Of a stretch of DNA of 64,000 bases, positions 60,062 through 64,000 are shown in pieces; position 1 is the stretch's first letter, and each line of letters opens with the position of its first letter. Under the pieces are notes generated by a model. That model ran no database searches. It was not told the DNA's origin and saw only the letters and a list, made by a program, of their open reading frames with translations. The DNA is from Antedon mediterranea (Eukaryota > Animalia > Echinodermata): contig NC_092670.1 of the NCBI RefSeq assembly GCF_964355755.1, forward strand, positions 30,802,388 through 30,866,387. The letters are read 5' to 3'. A program made the position numbers and the translations under genes.

Positions 60062-63000
60062 ATGGCAATCAAGAACTGTCAAGGGCAACTCCATCGTCCT
60101 CCGGACATCACCCAAGTTGGGAAATTAGTTGTTGTTGTGCAAGATAAACAATTTTCATCTGAACATATTACAACAATCAGTGGTCCTGATATTGGTAATT
60201 ATCAATATCAGTGTTCAATCTATAGTGAAGAACATAGTAGTGAACCTACTGAAAAAGCAGGACCATTAAGAGGTCATGGTGATGTGAATTATGAACAAGG
60301 TATTATGGAAAGCTTTTTCATGCTAGTCCTGTATATTAAAAAATAATTAAAGATATATTGTCCCCCTAAAAAAAAAAAAAAAAATGTTTTTGTTGAATTA
60401 TGCCATTTTATTATCACATAATAGTTATTCTCTTTGACCAAAAAATGGATTAAAAAAAAATTATTTGCCTTGAACAAAATGAAATTTAAAGCAAAACAAA
60501 TATTTAAATTGATTGTAATGTAATTCAATGGGTTTTTTGGTTGAATAAAGTAATTTATTTTGTATTTTTACAAGTGAAACATTAATTTGTATCGTTTTCT
60601 ACGGAAGTGATTAACTTGATTAAAACATTTTCGCGACCCATCAATTTTTTTTGCAACCCATAGGTTGAGGAACGGCGCAGTAGACCATCTCTGAATGGTA
60701 ATTTACTTTTTTCCAAACCTATACTATACAGTACTAGTTACTGTTATTTGTTCATGACCACCATCTTGTTTCTTTTACAGTCACGATGACATCTTCCAGT
60801 GATAAAGAGAGCATTGAATATGGACATTCAGTTTTACACGTATTGGGCAAGAGCATCCTAACCGCAATTCCACAAACACACAGCAGTGACCCTAAGTTTG
60901 AGAGTACTGCAAGTGAAAGTGGGAAGCAATCTGTTGGAAATGACTCTCACAGTACTAAAGAAGGGAACAATTACCACAACAAAGATACACAGCAGAAGCA
61001 TCAACAGGTATGGATTACATTTTTTTAATCTATTACCAAAATAAAATGTAGTATAAATCATTGGCACCTTGAGAAAAATTGGAGATATTGTGAGTAATGT
61101 CTGGTATGATAGGTCTGTAAAACCTGTTTTCCACTAGTTGAATTATTTGTGTAATTCAAAAGCTTAAATTCCTGTGCATATGTATTTAATGTATAATCAA
61201 AGCTCATTGTGAAAAACAGCCTTAAAAAGCACTCCAGTAAAGTATTAACAGTGTCCGCCCATTTATGCCCATGTTTGACGTTCTAAACTCTCTTTGCTGG
61301 CAAACCATAGTGGGGTTTCCAATGTTCCTGATATTACTATGTTTTTTCCTTTAATTTTTGTAAATAAATCTAAAAATGTTTCATTGTAGACTGGTGCTTG
61401 TGGAGATAATTCCTGTGATCCAAGTTTACCTAGCTCTGGTGGGTCTGGTGATGGAAGAGGGGGTGATGATGGCAACCAGAACAATGGTAATAGAAAGAAA
61501 AAGGAATTTATTCTTTCAAGCCAAGAAGAGGAGGAGAAGAAAGATGAGGATAGTAAGAAGCAGAAGGAAGACAAAGAAGAAATGAAGGAAAGTGAAGAAT
61601 CTGGTAAAAAGTTAGTTGAGGGGGATGCCACAACAGTTACTGCCGAAGAAGAAAAACATCACAAGGTTTGTATAGAGGGTATAATTAGTTTAAATTAGTA
61701 TGGAAACTTCGCTCCAACATGATTGTAAAAAAATGCCTCATGAAGTTCTCATTTCCACCATTGTTAGTCTTACTACTGTATTGTATTATTGGGGTTCATG
61801 CAAGCTACTTTCGAGAACATGGCATTCTTTGCCACCAGTTAAAGACACAAACAAGGCTACGTTATTTATAGTTTGATATTTCTAATAATGCCTTTATATA
61901 AATATCTGACCTGTTATGATTTATCACAATCTGCTTTCGCCAACCATCAAAAAGAAAGCTCTTGCCTTTAATTTCCAATGTTCGCTAAGCTAAAATATTT
62001 AAGAATCTTATAGTTGTTTTCTTAGTCTACTGTATTTATTTTGTTACTGCTTGTTTCAACGAAGAATGAATACATTGTCAATTTGGAAAGTCAATTTAAA
62101 ATATTCAATTCTTTTTAAAATCCACCGCAATCTGTTTTTTTATAAACGTTATGTTAGATACATCCTTTAAATTTAAAATTTCTATTTCACTTCATCCTTT
62201 ATTTTTTTTTATTCTGTCTTGTGCTGTGTTAATATTATTACTTATTAAATTAAAAAATGAATTAAAATTTAGAATGTTAGGGGTGATTCCTGTAATGTTG
62301 TGGATACAGATACTAAGAAAAGAGAAAATGAAGTTAATAACAAGGCTTGCAATAGAAGAAGGGTTTCACAGAACAGCAATTCAAAAGAGCACCAACAACC
62401 AGTTAGTAATATGCCAATGATTTTACTATTGTCCAGGAAATGTTCTTGTGTATTTGATATTATATGATAATTATATAAAGGAATAACAATATTAAATCAA
62501 ATAAAGAAGCGGAAATGTAAAAGACCAGAAATGTTTTACCAGATAATATTAAACCCGTTTTCACATGGTTTAAATTTGGTTACAACTTAGTAGGACAAGT
62601 TCTTGCTCATACCCCAGTTCTGCAAATATGTAGTAAAAAATGTCTTTACATCTGTAGTCCTGTCTATTAAGAAATTAATGTAAAACTAGACAGACTTTTT
62701 GTAAAATATTCACAACTACTGATTTTCCTTTTTTAATAAAAAACCCATGAAAAATAAAACCAAACTTTTTCAGTTAATATCAATTTGTGGTGATATCGCA
62801 GGCTGTTCCTCTCAAGTAACAAATAAATGTTTTATTTTATTATATTTTTTCAGACATACATCAACATTCCTCAATGTATTGGGGAAGCCTGCAGAGATTG
62901 GCATAATGAAAGGAATGGCTTAACAGTCCGTCCGACTGAGTATTCACGATCTGGTGATTACTATCTAAGACACCTTCAAAAATGTTGTCTGGGGCATTTG

Positions 63001-63901
63001 CATTGTGAAGCTTGCCGTCTGTACCTAGACAGCTTTATACAGCTATTGTCAAACTTAGAGGAAGAATGTTCAGCTACAATGTATTCATTCCTTTCAGAAT
63101 ACATGAAGTCAACCAGTAAGCATTTTTATTCATTCAATTATTAGTACACAAGTACAATACATGGACTCAAGCTCAAATATTTATCAACTCTGGTAGAACC
63201 AGTGTTTCACTCAAACTCAAGACACTCTTACTTTCCAGTATGCTATCTCAAGGCAGAAATGTCAGTTTGAAGTTGCACTCACTGCTTCACTATACCAATG
63301 CCCATCAAATTTGATCAAACTGAATAAAACCATTATTGGAGTTAAAATGAACCCTTATACATGTTTTGTTTTGTTTATATTCAAACTCATGGATAAAGAA
63401 AACGATTATTCAATATTTTTTTGGTAGAATTTGCTTTCGCACATGTTCAGACTTAATATTCTACATTGATAACCCTGATGAATATGTAGTATACATATTA
63501 TTATTTTTATCACTTATTTTATTATAACTTTTTTCACAGAAAAGGAAGACAAATATTGTATAATATTGAAATGGCTAAATGCAACCCGGACTGTTGAGGA
63601 ATGTAGACTAGATCTGAAAAGACTGCATTTAAGCAATAGTACTAGCCAAGGAGCACGACCTAAAAAGAAAATAAAATATGCAGGAAGTAGCTCTAATGAG
63701 CCAATGGACACAACTACAACTCCTTCACCAGATGAGAGTCGGTGGGGGTTCCAAACACGTCCTAAAGTGGTTCATGGCACTAGACAAGACCTGGACAGAT
63801 GGGCACGAATGAACATGAGTATGAATGATGCAACAGATTGCCGTGTAAATGATGGGGTTCTATTAAACAGAGTATGTTTTCCTAATACTGGTTATCATTG
63901 A
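60062..63901 (+). CDS. Uncharacterised ~497-aa protein; 6 coding exons 60062-60299, 60781-61007, 61390-61665, 62273-62401, 62854-63115, 63540-63901
   Basis: All introns are GT-AG with compatible phases (1,0,0,0,1). The joined CDS is 1494 nt and open to TGA at 63899-63901. An acceptor at 60058 implies upstream exon(s). The protein has a Ser/Gly/Glu/Lys-rich N-half, a Cys/His cluster (C..C..WH..HLQKCCLGHLHCEAC) and a basic RPKKKIK motif. Confidence 0.8.
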
Positions 63902-64000
63902 AGTAAACAAATAAGTATTCCTCTTTATTATAAAAGGAAATTGAATTGAATTTAGTTTTAGATTGAGCTTAAAATTAATTTTAGTGTTACAAAGGACATT

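Noticed and set aside
61263-61631. Ser/Phe-rich minus-strand ORF
   Set aside because: Antisense shadow of coding exon 61390-61665.

Overview
AT-rich eukaryotic (metazoan, probably marine invertebrate; inference) genomic DNA with spliceosomal introns. There are no prokaryotic features, and I found no rRNA, tRNA or CRISPR array. The only well-supported host gene is a 6-coding-exon, ~497-aa + strand gene at 60062-63901 (disordered N-terminal half, Cys/His cluster near the C-terminus) that I cannot name. The rest is non-coding DNA densely invaded by transposons. (1) An AcademX-type DNA transposon (2450-6283) whose ~520-bp TIRs have a 9-bp terminal motif offset by 24 bp at one end and 14 bp at the other, a one-helical-turn asymmetry reminiscent of the RSS 12/23 rule. 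(2) A nest of Helentron-like (HINE/DINE-1-like) elements containing a 131-bp tandem array and an internally deleted esterase-ORF1 L2/CR1 LINE (35740-41792). (3) A triple nest of Mutator-like elements, one carrying an intron-containing transposase remnant (44472-47595). (4) Two rearranged copies of a GGACAACTACC foldback family (~42030-44066 and 54137-55983). (5) A Tx1/L1 LINE broken by three insertions (~53730-59580). There are also several MITEs, a Penelope-type minimal hammerhead ribozyme (26108-26147) and an 86-bp minisatellite bounded by a 20-bp inverted repeat. All calls were made by eye from motifs, TIRs and TSDs; no database search was run.
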